Source: Carcharhinus longimanus (Eukaryota). Taken from it: a DNA stretch of 64,000 nt. Location of the stretch: NCBI GenBank assembly GCA_030264375.1, contig JASCQW010000027.1, forward strand, positions 65,624,340-65,688,339, read 5' to 3'. The notes beneath the pieces were generated by a model. That model ran no database searches. It was not told where the DNA came from and was given only the letters and a program-made list of their open reading frames with translations. Position 1 is the first letter of the stretch. Each line of letters starts with the position of its first letter. This document shows, piece by piece, positions 51,321 through 63,410 of this stretch. Both the position numbers and the translations under genes were made by a program.

Positions 51321-52673
51321 CTGAGACACCTTGCTCCTCTGGGACATGATGTTAATGAATGAAACACATGGCTAAGTTATGATTCTCTCTTTATGCTGTG
51401 CTATTTAATACCTATGTGCAACCACCTACTGGAACTTGCTTCTTGAGTGACGCACATATGTTGTGGGTTGTGTGTACTGTACTTATGTGTGAATACCCCA
51501 GGATGTCATGGTGTAGTCTGGATCTTATAGGACCCTTCGGGAATACACCGTGCAATATGAAGACAGTACGCTGATGTCATTTGGTTATGAGTGAGGCACT
51601 TTTTGGGTCCCACACTTGGAAATGCGACAGATGAAATGGCATATGTTGGACATGAAGGATCTGCATGCCAACCCCTGAGGTGCCAAGCTTATTTCACTTG
51701 CAGAACAGTATTATGACCAACTGTAGCTGCAAAGGTGCTGACATCTACATGGCTGGGTGTGGTGGATCTTTGCAAACAGTAAATGCCAGCTGTGTGGACA
51801 TTCCTTACACATTCAAAATAAGCATCTAAAGTTTTCTGTGGAAGGCTCTTAATGGACATACACCTACATCAAAAATAACCAGTACCCCAACATTGAAAAC
51901 TTATACTCACATGACAGCATAATTAAGTTTCCTCCCACTCATTCTTTTGACCCCTTCACAAATGCCTTCCTGTCACTGAGTGACTTCAAAGGCAACCTTT
52001 TTTAGTAGGGACTGAGTCATAAAACACCCACCTCCTAAATCGCCTCTGCCTCTGAAGTATGTTTTGGGTCTGCTGGTCTAACTTCAGACTGCACCTGCCT
52101 CTGGACAATGAAGTTTATGTCTCCAGAGCCACTTCATCTCAAAGCAGACGCAATAAACCAGGAATGTTCCCAACTCCAGCAACTCACCCTCAGGATGAAA
52201 CTTCAGCACATGATCTTCAAACAAATCTTGAAAGGATTGCACCTGGAAAATCATTTTTTTTTAATATTAGGAGTTCAAAGTAAATTTATAACATCCCCAA
52301 GTCTGTAATTAAGCCGCAGTTTATATCTCTGTAAAACCAGAAGACACAAAAATAGCACTGCTGCCTTTCTTTGAGGATGATTATACTCCGTTGCCAGTTT
52401 ATCTTAAGAGTCCTTAAAGGACTAGAACTGACAAAAACAAAAGACGATAGTTTCAGAAGTACTTTTATTACAGTTACTGTCAGCTTTGTTTCATCACTAT
52501 CTCTCTTTCATAAACTTCCCCCCAATCCACCACAACACTTACTCAACAAGATGTCTCCTTTTTTCTGCCTCCCCTCATTCAGCCCTCTCTCTGAAAATCA
52601 ATTAAAATGGTCATTAGTGGCACAATTTAAAAGAGGACACAAAGAATCTATATCATGTCCTTTTTAATCTCAT

Positions 52674-52925
52674 TGTTATGATGGCCATGGAGAGATCATC
52701 AATAGATCTCTCTGTGGATTTTGTAGAACAGAAGCTTCCTTATTAGGCAAGTGAAGACTCGTCCAATAGAGAAGAAACAGCGGGGTTTTAAAACTAATTT
52801 GTTACATCCAGCTGTTGAAAGACTTTGGGCCTGACTTGCACTCTGTAGCCGCTGAGATGTACTTAGAGCACATTATCAACAAAGAGTGGTGGTGATGGAA
52901 GACTGGCTTCAGCAAAATTATTACA
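52674..52925 (+). repeat. 5' LTR (252 bp)
   Basis: TGTTATGA...ATTATTACA followed by PBS. Confidence 0.85.
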
Positions 52926-55350
52926 TTGGCGATGAGGAGTAAAGTAATTATTTTTTCCTTCCAGACATCATTTCTGTTGAGACAAGAAATCTTCCATGAA
53001 GAAAAATTTCATTTTTTGGTAAACTTGAAGCCTACTACGCAAGCATAGAAGACTGGACACAATATGCAGAATACATATGTTACCTTTTTTGAGTCAACAA
53101 TATTGAGGGGAACAAGAAGCAGAAAGTCCTCCTATTGATGGCACGTGAGGTCCCCACCTTCAGTGTAATAAAAAGTCTGACGTACCCAATGTTCCTGACT
53201 CCAAAACCTTTATTGAATTAGTGGACTTGGTTAAAGCCTGTTATGCTCCAAATCCCTTTGTAATACTCAAACAACACCACCTTAATACAGCAGGGTGAAC
53301 CCCTGGGGAATGTATGACACATTGTGATTTTGGGCCACCCCGAATGACATATTGCGTGATAGACTGGCCTGTAGAATTATCAATGTGATGGTCCAAGAAA
53401 CTTTATGGCAGAACCCTGTTTGATCTAAAGAAGGCCTTTGAGATAGTTCCATCATTGGAGAATGTAGTGAAAGGAGCTCAGGAATTACACAGGACATGAG
53501 ATAGTAGTGTCTTCCAATTGTTGGGGGGGGCTCATTCAGTGTCCATCCCTCAACTGAGTATTGGTAAGATATCATAGAATCCCTTACAGCGGTGAAATCT
53601 GAGTCATATCACCAGGCAGTCAAGGAAGGTCAGGGACAGCCTTCAGACTTCTAGGGAGCATATTCCAGAAGGTATAGATGCCTGATGATGGACACTTGCA
53701 AGTGTTGTGGAAGACCATAACCGAGGCAAAGGAATAGTGACAGTCAAAATGCATGCTATTTCAAAAAAAGGCCAAGGCCATTACTGGACCATAACTTGCA
53801 GATATGCTCACAATCAGAAATCGAGATATTGCAATTAAATTTCATTTCCATGATTAGAAGTTGCCCTTGGTAATGGTGGAGTTGTTAGTAAATGGCCACC
53901 CATTGAAAATGGAAGTAGATAGCGGGGCTCCATTCTCCATTATCAGGGAGCAGACTTATGATCACCTTCAGGCTGGTATTCAGACCCTGAACTTTGAAAA
54001 CACAAAGGCCAGGCTGGCCACCTGCACAGAAGAACCATTGCAGATCATCACAGAGATCCTCGTGACTTACAGGCAGCGGGCAGATTGACTTACACTCATC
54101 ATTGTATGGGGACGAGGACTTAATATTTTGAAGAAGAGATTGGCTCCAACACATGCGACTGAACCAGCTGGAGATTGAACATTTTCAAAGTTGGAAATGA
54201 GCAATGCATATCTCTAACTTGAATTAGATGAGCCTTCCCAAAAGTACATGACAATTAATACGCACAAAGGCCTATACACTTGCCTGCCATTCGAGGTCTT
54301 GACTGCATTTACCATTTCTCAACAGATCATGGAGAAGATACTACAAAGGTTACCTCAGGTAGTGTTGCCCCTAAATTATCTCTTGGTCACAGGAACTTCA
54401 GCCGCAAACATCTAGCAATCCTGGAAGAGACCGTATGGCAATTTTCAGAGGTTTGGGTATGCCTGAAAAGGCAAAAATGTGTCTTCCCAGCAAGTACCAT
54501 GACATATTTGGGTATTGGATGGATGGCAAGGGCTTTCATCTGGTGGAGGACAAGGTGAGGGCCATTAAGGAGATGTCAGCTCCAAGGAACCCCACAGAAT
54601 TGAAGACCTTCTTGGGGTTAGTGAATTATTATGGGAAATTTATTCAGAATTTAACTTCTTTACTGGGCACCTTGCATACTCTACAATGGAAACATCAAAG
54701 GTGGTCTTGAGGGAGTTCCACAGATGGAGGTTTACAACAGCATTAATCAGAAACTTTTGTCCTCTAATTTGGTGGCCAATTTTGACCCCACATAGGACTT
54801 TATCTTGACATGTAATGCCTCCCCTTATGGGGTTGGGGTGTTGCTGGCAAACCACTGGAGAAATGAAACAGAGAAGCCTATTGCATACACTTCCAGGATA
54901 CTCTCAAATGCTGAATGGAGGTATTCCCAGATCGGGAGAAGAATTGGCAGTTATGTTCGGTGTTAAAAAATTCCATCAAAACGTTTACAGTAGACACTTC
55001 ATCATAGTAACTGATCATAAACCATTCTGGTGCTCTTTAAAGAAGATTAGGGAGCTTATGAATACCTCCTAGAAAACTACCCTAGGACCCAGATAGCTAA
55101 TGCCAATGCACTGAGTTGTTTGGATTGCCCAGAAGCCCAGCTTTGCTACCAGTTGTGGAAGAAGTCGCAATGACCCTCGATTTTTTTGAACACTTTACTG
55201 GTGTTTGTGAGGCAAATCAAGGCCTGGATGCAAAAGGACCCAGCCTTATCTAAATTAAAACATAATATTACATGGGGAATTGAAAGGACAGTCGGCAGAT
55301 TAAATGAAACATCATTGGATGAAGGTAGGCTCAGTGTTGAGGTTGGTATC

Positions 55351-55612
55351 TGTAATGACACAGGAAGCCAGACTGGAGAGAAACATTGTTTATTACAGAA
55401 TGCAAAGTAAAACCACTATCATGGTGTACACACACTAGTTCCTGCCTATGACTACAGTTCAATAGGCCCAGTCCTGGGCCTGCCTTATAAAAGGCTCAAG
55501 TGATGAATTCCAGCTGGGCAGGCTGCTGCCTGTTACCAGGTGAAATCATATTTGACAAGTCACACAGAAAGGTTAATCAATGATTCCCCAAGACTTTATG
55601 GATGTTATCACA
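55351..55612 (-). mobile_element. Solo LTR nested in the Gypsy pol
   Basis: TGTAAT...ATCACA termini; 5-bp TSD GTATC/GCATC; host reading LSVEVGI|IPWGS resumes across it; TATA-like and AATAAA on minus strand. Confidence 0.75.
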
Positions 55613-56300
55613 GCATCATCCCCTGGGGTTCCTGCGTAGTTGACCCTTGTCAATTTATTTCACCATAGTCACCCTGGGATTTCATAGATGATAATGCTAG
55701 CCAGGAGCTACATATGGTGGCCCAGCCTTGATGCAGACGTCCTGTGGACTTTGCCAATCATTTTTTGGGTCCCATGTTCTTAATTGTTTCAGAGATCAAT
55801 TATAGTCATAGTGTCCATAAAGACTAAACTGGCGCAACTTTTATTTGACAATAGGACTACCCATCACACAACGACAGGAATCGCCCCAATGGAATTGGTA
55901 ATTGGATGGGGGTTTCAAACAAAATTTAACTTACTGTTGCCAAACTTGGCAAGGAGGTTGGAGTCCCAAACAAAAATCAGAAGAAGAACTATGTTTCTGC
56001 AAGAACAGAATGAATGTTCAAAACTGGTGATCAAGTCCACATGAGGTACTTCAAGGTTGGCCTCAGTTGGGTCCCTGGGATTATAATGAAGAAAAAGGGA
56101 TGTGTGTCTTATAAGGTTCAAGGCCAGGGCAAAATTGTTAGGAAACATCTGGACCATCTCAGGAATAGGGAGTTTGTGACACTGCTGGCCTCATAGCCAA
56201 CCATGGGGATGATCACTGCCAGCATTGAGTCACAGCTGGAAGCTGACCCTACACCTGCCCCTCTGGGTGATGTGGACACAGATGCACAGACTAGATGCCT

Positions 56301-56613
56301 GGGTGACACAGTGGCACAGTGGTTAGCACTACTGCCTCACAGTGCCAGTGGGTTTGATTCCTGGCTTGGGCCAGTGTCTGTGTGGAGTCTGCACATTCTC
56401 CCCATGTCTCTATGGGTTTCCTCTGGGTGCTCTGGTTTCCTCCCACAGTCCGTAGGAAGTGCTGGTTAAGTGCATTGGCCATGCTAAATTCTCCCTCAGT
56501 GTACCCAAATAGGCTTCGGAGTGTGGCAATGAGGGGATTTTCACAGTAACTTTACTGCAGTGTTAATGCAAGCCTACTTGTGACACTAAACTAATAAATA
56601 AACTTCAAACTTT
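56301..56613 (+). mobile_element. V-domain SINE, tail type B, nested in Gypsy
   Basis: Head, V-domain, ctaataaataaacttcaaacttt tail. Confidence 0.9.
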
Positions 56614-56879
56614 AATATAGATGGAAACAGAAGGGACTGCATCTCAACTGAAGCAAGATGTCAGGAAGACTCAGTGTCAGTGGCTTTACAGCACTCCCTT
56701 CAGAAGCAAAGGACTCCAGTCTGCTTTGCATTCCTGATCCATTCGTACCTCCCATTGACCTCAGACCAATCGCTGTTATGGGGTTAGGGTGGAGGGGTTA
56801 GCCTAGGTAGGATGTTTTTTCAGAGGGTTGGTGCAGATCCGATGGGCCAAGTGGCCTTTTCTGCACTGTAGAGATTCCA

Positions 56880-57128
56880 TGTTATGAAGGCCACGGGGGA
56901 TTGTCAATAGATCTCCCTATGGGCCTCATAGAATACAAGCTCCCCTATTAGGTGAGTGTCAACTTGCCCAGTAAGGAAGGAGTGAGGGGTGGGGTGTGGC
57001 TCCGCTCAGGCTGGTAGTCAAAAGACTCAGGGCTGATCCACACTGTGTAGTCGTTGAACAGCATTTCGAACACACTGTAAATAAAGTGTGATAGGTGACA
57101 GAAGACTAGACTAGGTAAGATTATTACA
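56880..57128 (+). repeat. 3' LTR (249 bp)
   Basis: TGTTATGA...ATTATTACA, colinear with the 5' LTR, contains AATAAA. Confidence 0.85.
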
Positions 57129-57249
57129 GTAGTTTTTTGAGAATATTCAGACCACCTATAAATAATTTTAGAGAACAGAAAATCCTGATTGGTAGTGCCT
57201 GAGAAATTTATAAACGTGCAGCCCACCATAGAGTAGGTAATATTTCTGC

Positions 57250-59200
57250 AGCTTGCCACCTTCTCAACCAGATCTGCACTTCTACTTCCAACTAAAACCT
57301 TTACACCTTCTCATCACGGCCACATTCCCATTCCCTCAAATGCAAGGGAAACAACCTTGAATGGATATGGAGTGCCAACTGGTTTAGCCATTCTAGCTGG
57401 GATATATAAAGCGCTACTGAGTCCTATTCTCATCTGCCAAAACTGCCTTCTTCCAGCATCATCCTGGCATGTGAAGATAACCCCCAGTTTTGTTTCTCTC
57501 CTACAAACCATACTTGTAAACCCCTCTCTCCTATCTCCTCCACCCTCATCTCTAACAAGCTCATGGATTTCTTTGTCACTAAGATTGAAACCATTTAATC
57601 AGCTACCTCTGCTGCTTCTGTTCCTTACCCAGCCCATCAAGGCAAGCGTACGCTAAGAAACTTCCCTGAGCTAGCTCCACATGTGTATTAAAAAAAAACA
57701 TTTTCCTAAACTCACGTGCTCTTTGCAAGCTCATGTTTGCCCGTGAGACTTACCTCTGGCTCTGTTAGTCCTGATCCCATTAAACTGTTGACCACCAACC
57801 TCCCTTGTCATCTGAGTGCTGATGAAAGGTCACAGACTTGAAATGTTAATCATGTTTTTCTCTCCACATATGATGCCACAAGTGCTGAGTATTTTCGGCA
57901 TTTTTTAGTGCTTTATTCCCTTCCTGACTTCTATTGCAGTTGAGTTTGTTAACTGTTCTCTCTGTTCAAGTACTGAACTCATCCCCTTCAAATCTTCCAT
58001 CAACATCCTTCACTTCAAAATAAACAAGCCTGACTCCTCCATTCTTGCAAGCTGCTGTGCCATGTGGAATTTTCCTTTTCCCTGCACAATCCTTGAACAT
58101 GTTGCTGCTTCCCAAATATGTGGTCCTTTTTTCTAAGAACTCCATGTTTGAGTCCCTCCAATCAAATTTTGTTCCTGGCACAGTCTCTCAATGGCCCTTA
58201 TCAAAGTTACAAATGATATCTGATGTGATTGTAACAAAAGTGGACCAACCCTCCTTGTCCTACTTGACATGTCTGCAACCTTTGACATAGTTGACCCTAT
58301 CATCCTCCTCTCTGCCTTTATCCAGCTGGATGTGTTGTCACTCACTTTGCCAGATTCTCATCTTTCCACCATAGCCAGAAAATGACCTGCAATTGTTTAG
58401 GTTCCCACTCACACAACATTAGCACTTGTATCCCCAACAATCTATCCTTGTCTCCCTCCTGTTTCTCAATCACATTGTGCCTCCCCACAAACACCAAATA
58501 AAAACAGCATCAGATTCCACAGGCAGGAATTTACAGCTTTGTTTGTTCCAAAACTGTAAAATCCTGTCAGGCGTCAACAGACCTTTCCATGGTCCACCGC
58601 TTGATCACTCTGAATCCTGTGGCAAGTGAGGCTGTAATATTTCAGCCCATAATTAAGCTGATGACGTCCAGCTCTATCTCACTGTCAATTCTTTTAATTC
58701 CTCGGCTGTTTCTAAATTGTCAGACTGTATTGGAGATCNNNNNNNNNNGTACGAGAAGAGCAGAAATGTCCTTAAACAAAATATTGGGAACTCCTTAGCC
58801 ATTGTCTTAGATCTCACCACAAACTCTGTGTCTGAGGCCAAGCCAGATTGTTCACAACATTGGTGCCATACTTAATCCTGAGATGAGCTTCCAACCATAT
58901 ATTCACACTACTACAAAGGAGATCCATTTGCACCTCTGTAATATCATACAATTCATCACTGTCTCAGCTCATCGGTTTCTGAAACCCTCATTTATGCCTT
59001 TGTTATTTCCAGACTTGACCAATCCAATGCAGGTCTGGATGGTCTGCCATTTTCTACCCTCTATAAATTTGAGATTATTCAAAACTCTGTGTCTTAACAT
59101 GCATCAAGTCTAATTCATGCATTAGACGAATATTTACTGACTATATTGGCTTTGATGAATCAATGCCTCAATTCTAAAATTCTTACTTATTTTCAAAATC
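57250..59200 (+). mobile_element. Old L2-like LINE ORF2
   Basis: MFESLQSNFVPG..LIKVTNDI..LLDMSATFDIVD; later YADD-like aagctgatgacgtccagctctatctc. Confidence 0.8.
57812..57917 (+). mobile_element. Short Penelope-terminal element with hammerhead-like motif, inserted in L2
   Basis: CTGATGA-A-AGGTC(ACA)GACTT-GAAA-TGTT at 57819-57847, then tctctccaca..tgctgagtattttcggcatt. Confidence 0.6.
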
Positions 59201-59489
59201 CTGGTTCACAATTTGAAAATGTTCTTTCCTTTTCAAAGTGCTTATTGTTCAAAAGATTTTGCGCATTAACTTGAATGTATTACAGTTATTTGTTGTTTAA
59301 TTTTAACAGTGTGTGCTCAGTTAAAGCATGCTGCAAGAATAGTAAACAATTTGAATTGAATGTCCAATCACTTATTGGCTTTGGTCACACATTCTATTGT
59401 GCAGGAAGACAGGCTTACATGGGCAGGGAATATAGCTTACCTTCCTGCTGCCTTTATCCCAGCCAGCACATATTATTCATTGAGTGCAA

Positions 59490-61650
59490 TGTCATGTGAT
59501 TGGGTTGGGGGGTGAGGTAGGTGCGGGATTCTCCTAAATGCTCCAAGATGCTGATGGTGGGGGATTCAATAATAATACTATTGAATGTCAAGAAGGGACG
59601 ATTAGATTCTGTTTTCTGGGAGATGATTAGTACTTGGCACTTCTGTGGCATGAATGTTACTTGCCACTGTTTAATCTCAGTTTGAATGTTGTCCAGTTAT
59701 TTCTGCATATGGACAATATCTGAGGAGTTGTGAATGAAATGGAACACTTTGCAAACATCCCTATTTCTGATCTTGTGATGGAGGGAAGGTCATGATGATG
59801 TGACTGAAGATGGTTGGGCCTGGAGAATTGCTCTGAGGAATACCGTAGTCATGTCCTGCAGTGGATATGATTGCTCTCCAAAAGCCACAACCATCTTCCT
59901 ATGCACTAGGTGTGACTCTAACCAGCGGAAAGTTGTCTCTGATTCCTATTGATTTTAATTTTGCTCGGGCTTCTTGATGCCACACTCAGTCAAATGCTGC
60001 CTTGATGTCAAGAATTGTCACTCTACCTCACCTCTGGAATTCAGCTTGAGCCCATAATTGGACAAAGGCTGTAATGAGGTCAGGATATTTTACCGATGCA
60101 TGCTCAATTAAAGCATGCTGCATGAAGGGCTAGAATACAAGAGCAGAGATGTACTTCTGAGGCTGTATAAGGCTCTGGTCAGACCCCATTTGGAGCATTG
60201 TGAGCAGTTTTGGGCCCCATATCTAAGGNNNNNNNNNNNNNNNNNNNNNNNNNNNNNNNNNNNNNNNNNNNNNNNNNNNNNNNNNNNNNNNNNNNNNNNN
60301 NNNNNNNNNNNNNNNNNNNNNNNNNNNNGATCCTTTAAAACAGAGATGAGAAGGAATTTCTTCAGCCAGAGAGTGGTGAATCTGTGGAACTCTTTGCTGC
60401 AGAAGACTGTGGAGGCAGGTCATTGAGTATCTTCAAGATAGAGATAGATAGGTTCTTGATTAAGAAGGGAATCGGGGGTTATGGGGAAAAGGGAGGGGAA
60501 TGGAAATGAGAAAAATATCAGCCATGACTGAATGACAGAATAGACTCGATGAGCCTGGTGACCTAATTATGCTCCCATGTCTTATGGTCTTATGGTGTTA
60601 TAGGATCCAAATGCTTTTGACAAATGAAGCTGAGCATCAGTGGGCAAGCTATTGCAAAGTAAACACTAATTGATAGGACTGTCAATGACACCTTACATCA
60701 CTTTGCTGATTATTAAGATTGGACTAATGGAGCAGTAATTGATCAGATTGGATTTGTCCTTTTTTTGACAGGACATTCCTGGACAACGTTCCACGCTGTT
60801 GGGTGGATGTCAGTGATGTAACTGTACAGAAACAGCCTGGCTAAGGATACAATTAGTTTTGGAACACACAAGAGCTCAGCATTACAGCCAATATGTTGTC
60901 AGAGCCAATGTCTTTGCTGTAACTAATGTGCTCATCCATTTCTTTATATCTTATGCAGTGAATCAAATTAACTGAAGACTGGTATTTGTGATGCTGAGGA
61001 TCTCGTGAGGAGATGGAAAAGGATTATCCACTCAACTTGAGGAAGACATTTGCAAACGCTTCAGCCTTGTCTTTCGCACAAAGGTGCTGAGCATCCTTTA
61101 TTGAAGATGGGGATATTTTTGAAGCCTCTTCCTTGGTTGCTTGTTTATTTGTTCACCACCATTCATGACTGGATGCAACACAATGTGGCAGGGGTGCAGA
61201 GTTTTATCTCATCCACTGTTTGTGTGATGACATATTGATTCTAACATGCTGCCTCAGCTGTTTAGCATATCTGTGGTGCTGTGCTGTAACTTTGCCTTGT
61301 TGGCATCTCATTTTTAAAAATGTCTGCTGCTGCTTCTGTTATGTTCTCCTATGTTCTTCACTGAACCAGCATTGGTCCTCTGCTTGATGGTAATGGTAGA
61401 ATGAGAAATATACCAGACCATGACGTTAAAGGTTATGAAAGAATATAATTCTGCTATAGATTATAGGCAATAGCATCTCATGGATGCCAGATTTGAACTA
61501 CTATATTTGTTCTGAATCTATAACATTCAGGATGCCCAACACAATAAAGAGTGTCTGCAGTGTGAACATGGGATGTCCCTGCAAGGGCTGTGCGTTGATC
61601 ATTCCTGTCAGTACTGTCATGGACATATTGACTGATGCCCTGAGACTTCA
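59490..61650 (-). mobile_element. Old CR1-group LINE (second family), interrupted by CR1 at ~60120-60595 (+)
   Basis: MPQKCQVLIISQK..TFNSIIIESPTI; LDIKAAFD (gtcaaatgctgccttgatgtcaag); insert has [17 protein letters not shown]. Confidence 0.75.
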
Positions 61651-61744
61651 TTGGGTTCACGGTTAACGTTGAGAATGTCCTGGGCCCACATCCTCTCAAT
61701 TGTAAGGACTGTGCTGCCACCTCTGGTGAGATTGTCATAAAAAA

Positions 61745-63290
61745 AAGGATCTGGAGTAGGCCAATCATCCACTTGAGCCTGCTTTGCCATTCATTATGAT
61801 CATAGAACATAGAACACTGCAGCACAAACAGGCCCTTCGGCCCACAAGTTGCGCCGATCATATCCCTACCTACCAGGCCTATCTATAACCCTCAATNNNN
61901 NNNNNNNNNNNNNNNNNNNNNNNNNNNNNNNNNNNNNNNNNNNNNNNNNNNNNNNNNNNNNNNNNNNNNNNNNNNNNNNNNNNNNNNNNNNNNNNNNNNN
62001 NNNNNNNNNNNNNNNNNNNNNNNNNNNNNNNNNNNNNNNNNNNNNNNNNNNNNNNNNNNNNNNNNNNNNNNNNNNNNNNNNNNNNNNNNNNNNNNNNNNN
62101 NNNNNNNNNNNNNNNNNNNNNNNNNNNNNNNNNNNNNNNNNNNNNNNNNNNNNNNNNNNNNNNNNNNNNNNNNNNNNNNNNNNNNNNNNNNNNNNNNNNN
62201 NNNNNNNNNNNNNNNNNNNNNNCATAAGGCATGCCTCCCAATCCAGGCAACATCCTTGTAAATCTCCTCTGCACCCTCTCAATAGCTTCTACATCCAGTA
62301 TTCCTGGATGATCAATCATGATTGGTCATGAACTCAATAGCCTGATCCTGCCTACACCCATATCCTTGATCCCCTTCGTCCCTAACTCCTTCTTGAAAAT
62401 ATACATTGTTTTGGCCTCAGCTGCATTCTGGCATACCACTCTTTGGGTGAAGACATTTCTTTCCATCTCAGTACTAAAAAGTTTACATCTTATCCTTAGA
62501 CTATGATCCATGGGGTTCAGGACAGCCCGCCATTGGAAACATCCTTTCTCCATCTACCCTGTTTAATTCTGTTAGAATTTTAAGGGTTTCTTTGAGATCC
62601 CCCTCATTCTTCTAAACTCCAGAGAATATAACCCTAACCGACTCAATGGGTGTCACGCTGGCACAATGGTTAGCACTGCTGCCTCACCAGTGACCCAGGT
62701 TCAATTCTGGCCTTGGGTGTCTGTCTGGATCACCTTCTCCCTGTATCTATGTGGGTTTCCTCCAGGTGCTCCAGTTTCCTCCACAGTCCAAAGATGTGCA
62801 GTTTAGGTTTATTGGCTGTGCTAAATTTCCCCTTAATGTCCCAAAATGTGTAGGGGGATTAGTGGGGTAAATAAGTGGGGTTACGGGGATAGGGCCTGGA
62901 TAAGATGCTCTGTGAGAGAGTCAGTGCAGACCTGATGGGCCAAATGGTCTCCTTTTGCACTATAAGATTCTATAATTCTAAGCATCTGTCCTCATACATT
63001 AGTCCCACCATCCCAAGAATCAGCCTGGTAAACTTTCTCTGCACTCCCTCTATTGCAAGAACTTCCTTCCTCAGATAAGGAAACCAGAACTGCACACAGT
63101 TTTCAAGTGTGGCCTCACCAAGGCCCTGCATAATTGCAACAAGACATCCCTACTCCTATATCTGAATCCTTTCGCTATGAAGGCAAACATACCATTGGCC
63201 TTCTTCACCACCTGCTGCCCCTGCATGCTGACTTTCAATGACTGGTGTATGAGGACATCCAGTCTCATTGTGCCATCTCTCTCTTAATCT
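61745..63290 (-). mobile_element. Nested CR1 3' fragments
   Basis: ERVQRRFTRMLPGL, FTQRVV, LLQLCRALVRPHL; (catagaa)n tails. Confidence 0.88.
62648..62980 (+). mobile_element. HE1-like V-SINE, tail type A, nested in CR1
   Basis: Head, V-domain, gattctataattcta tail. Confidence 0.88.
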
Positions 63291-63410
63291 GATGTGGAGG
63301 TACTGGCATTGGACTGGGTTGAGCATAGTANNNNNNNNNNNNNNNNNNGTTAAAGTCCCAACAGGTTTATTTGGAATTATAAACTTTCGGAGCACTGCTC
63401 CTTTATCTTT
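63290..63410 (-). mobile_element. Penelope terminal repeat fragment
   Basis: tgatgtggag..ttggactggg..acaggtttatttggaat..ctttcggagcactgctcc (hammerhead stem II + GAAA on minus strand). Confidence 0.75.

Larger units (their letters stand above)
52674..57128 (+). mobile_element. Decayed Gypsy/Ty3 LTR retrotransposon
   Basis: Two LTRs; PBS-like TGGCGATGAG at ~52927; gag FGKLEAY..EDWTQY; protease VNGHPLKMEVDSGAPFSII; RT INTHKGLY; ELKTFLGLVNYYGKFI; RNase H LTCNASPYGVG and TDHKP; integrase HPG..LARSYIWWP and RTTHHTTTGIAPMEL. Confidence 0.93.
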
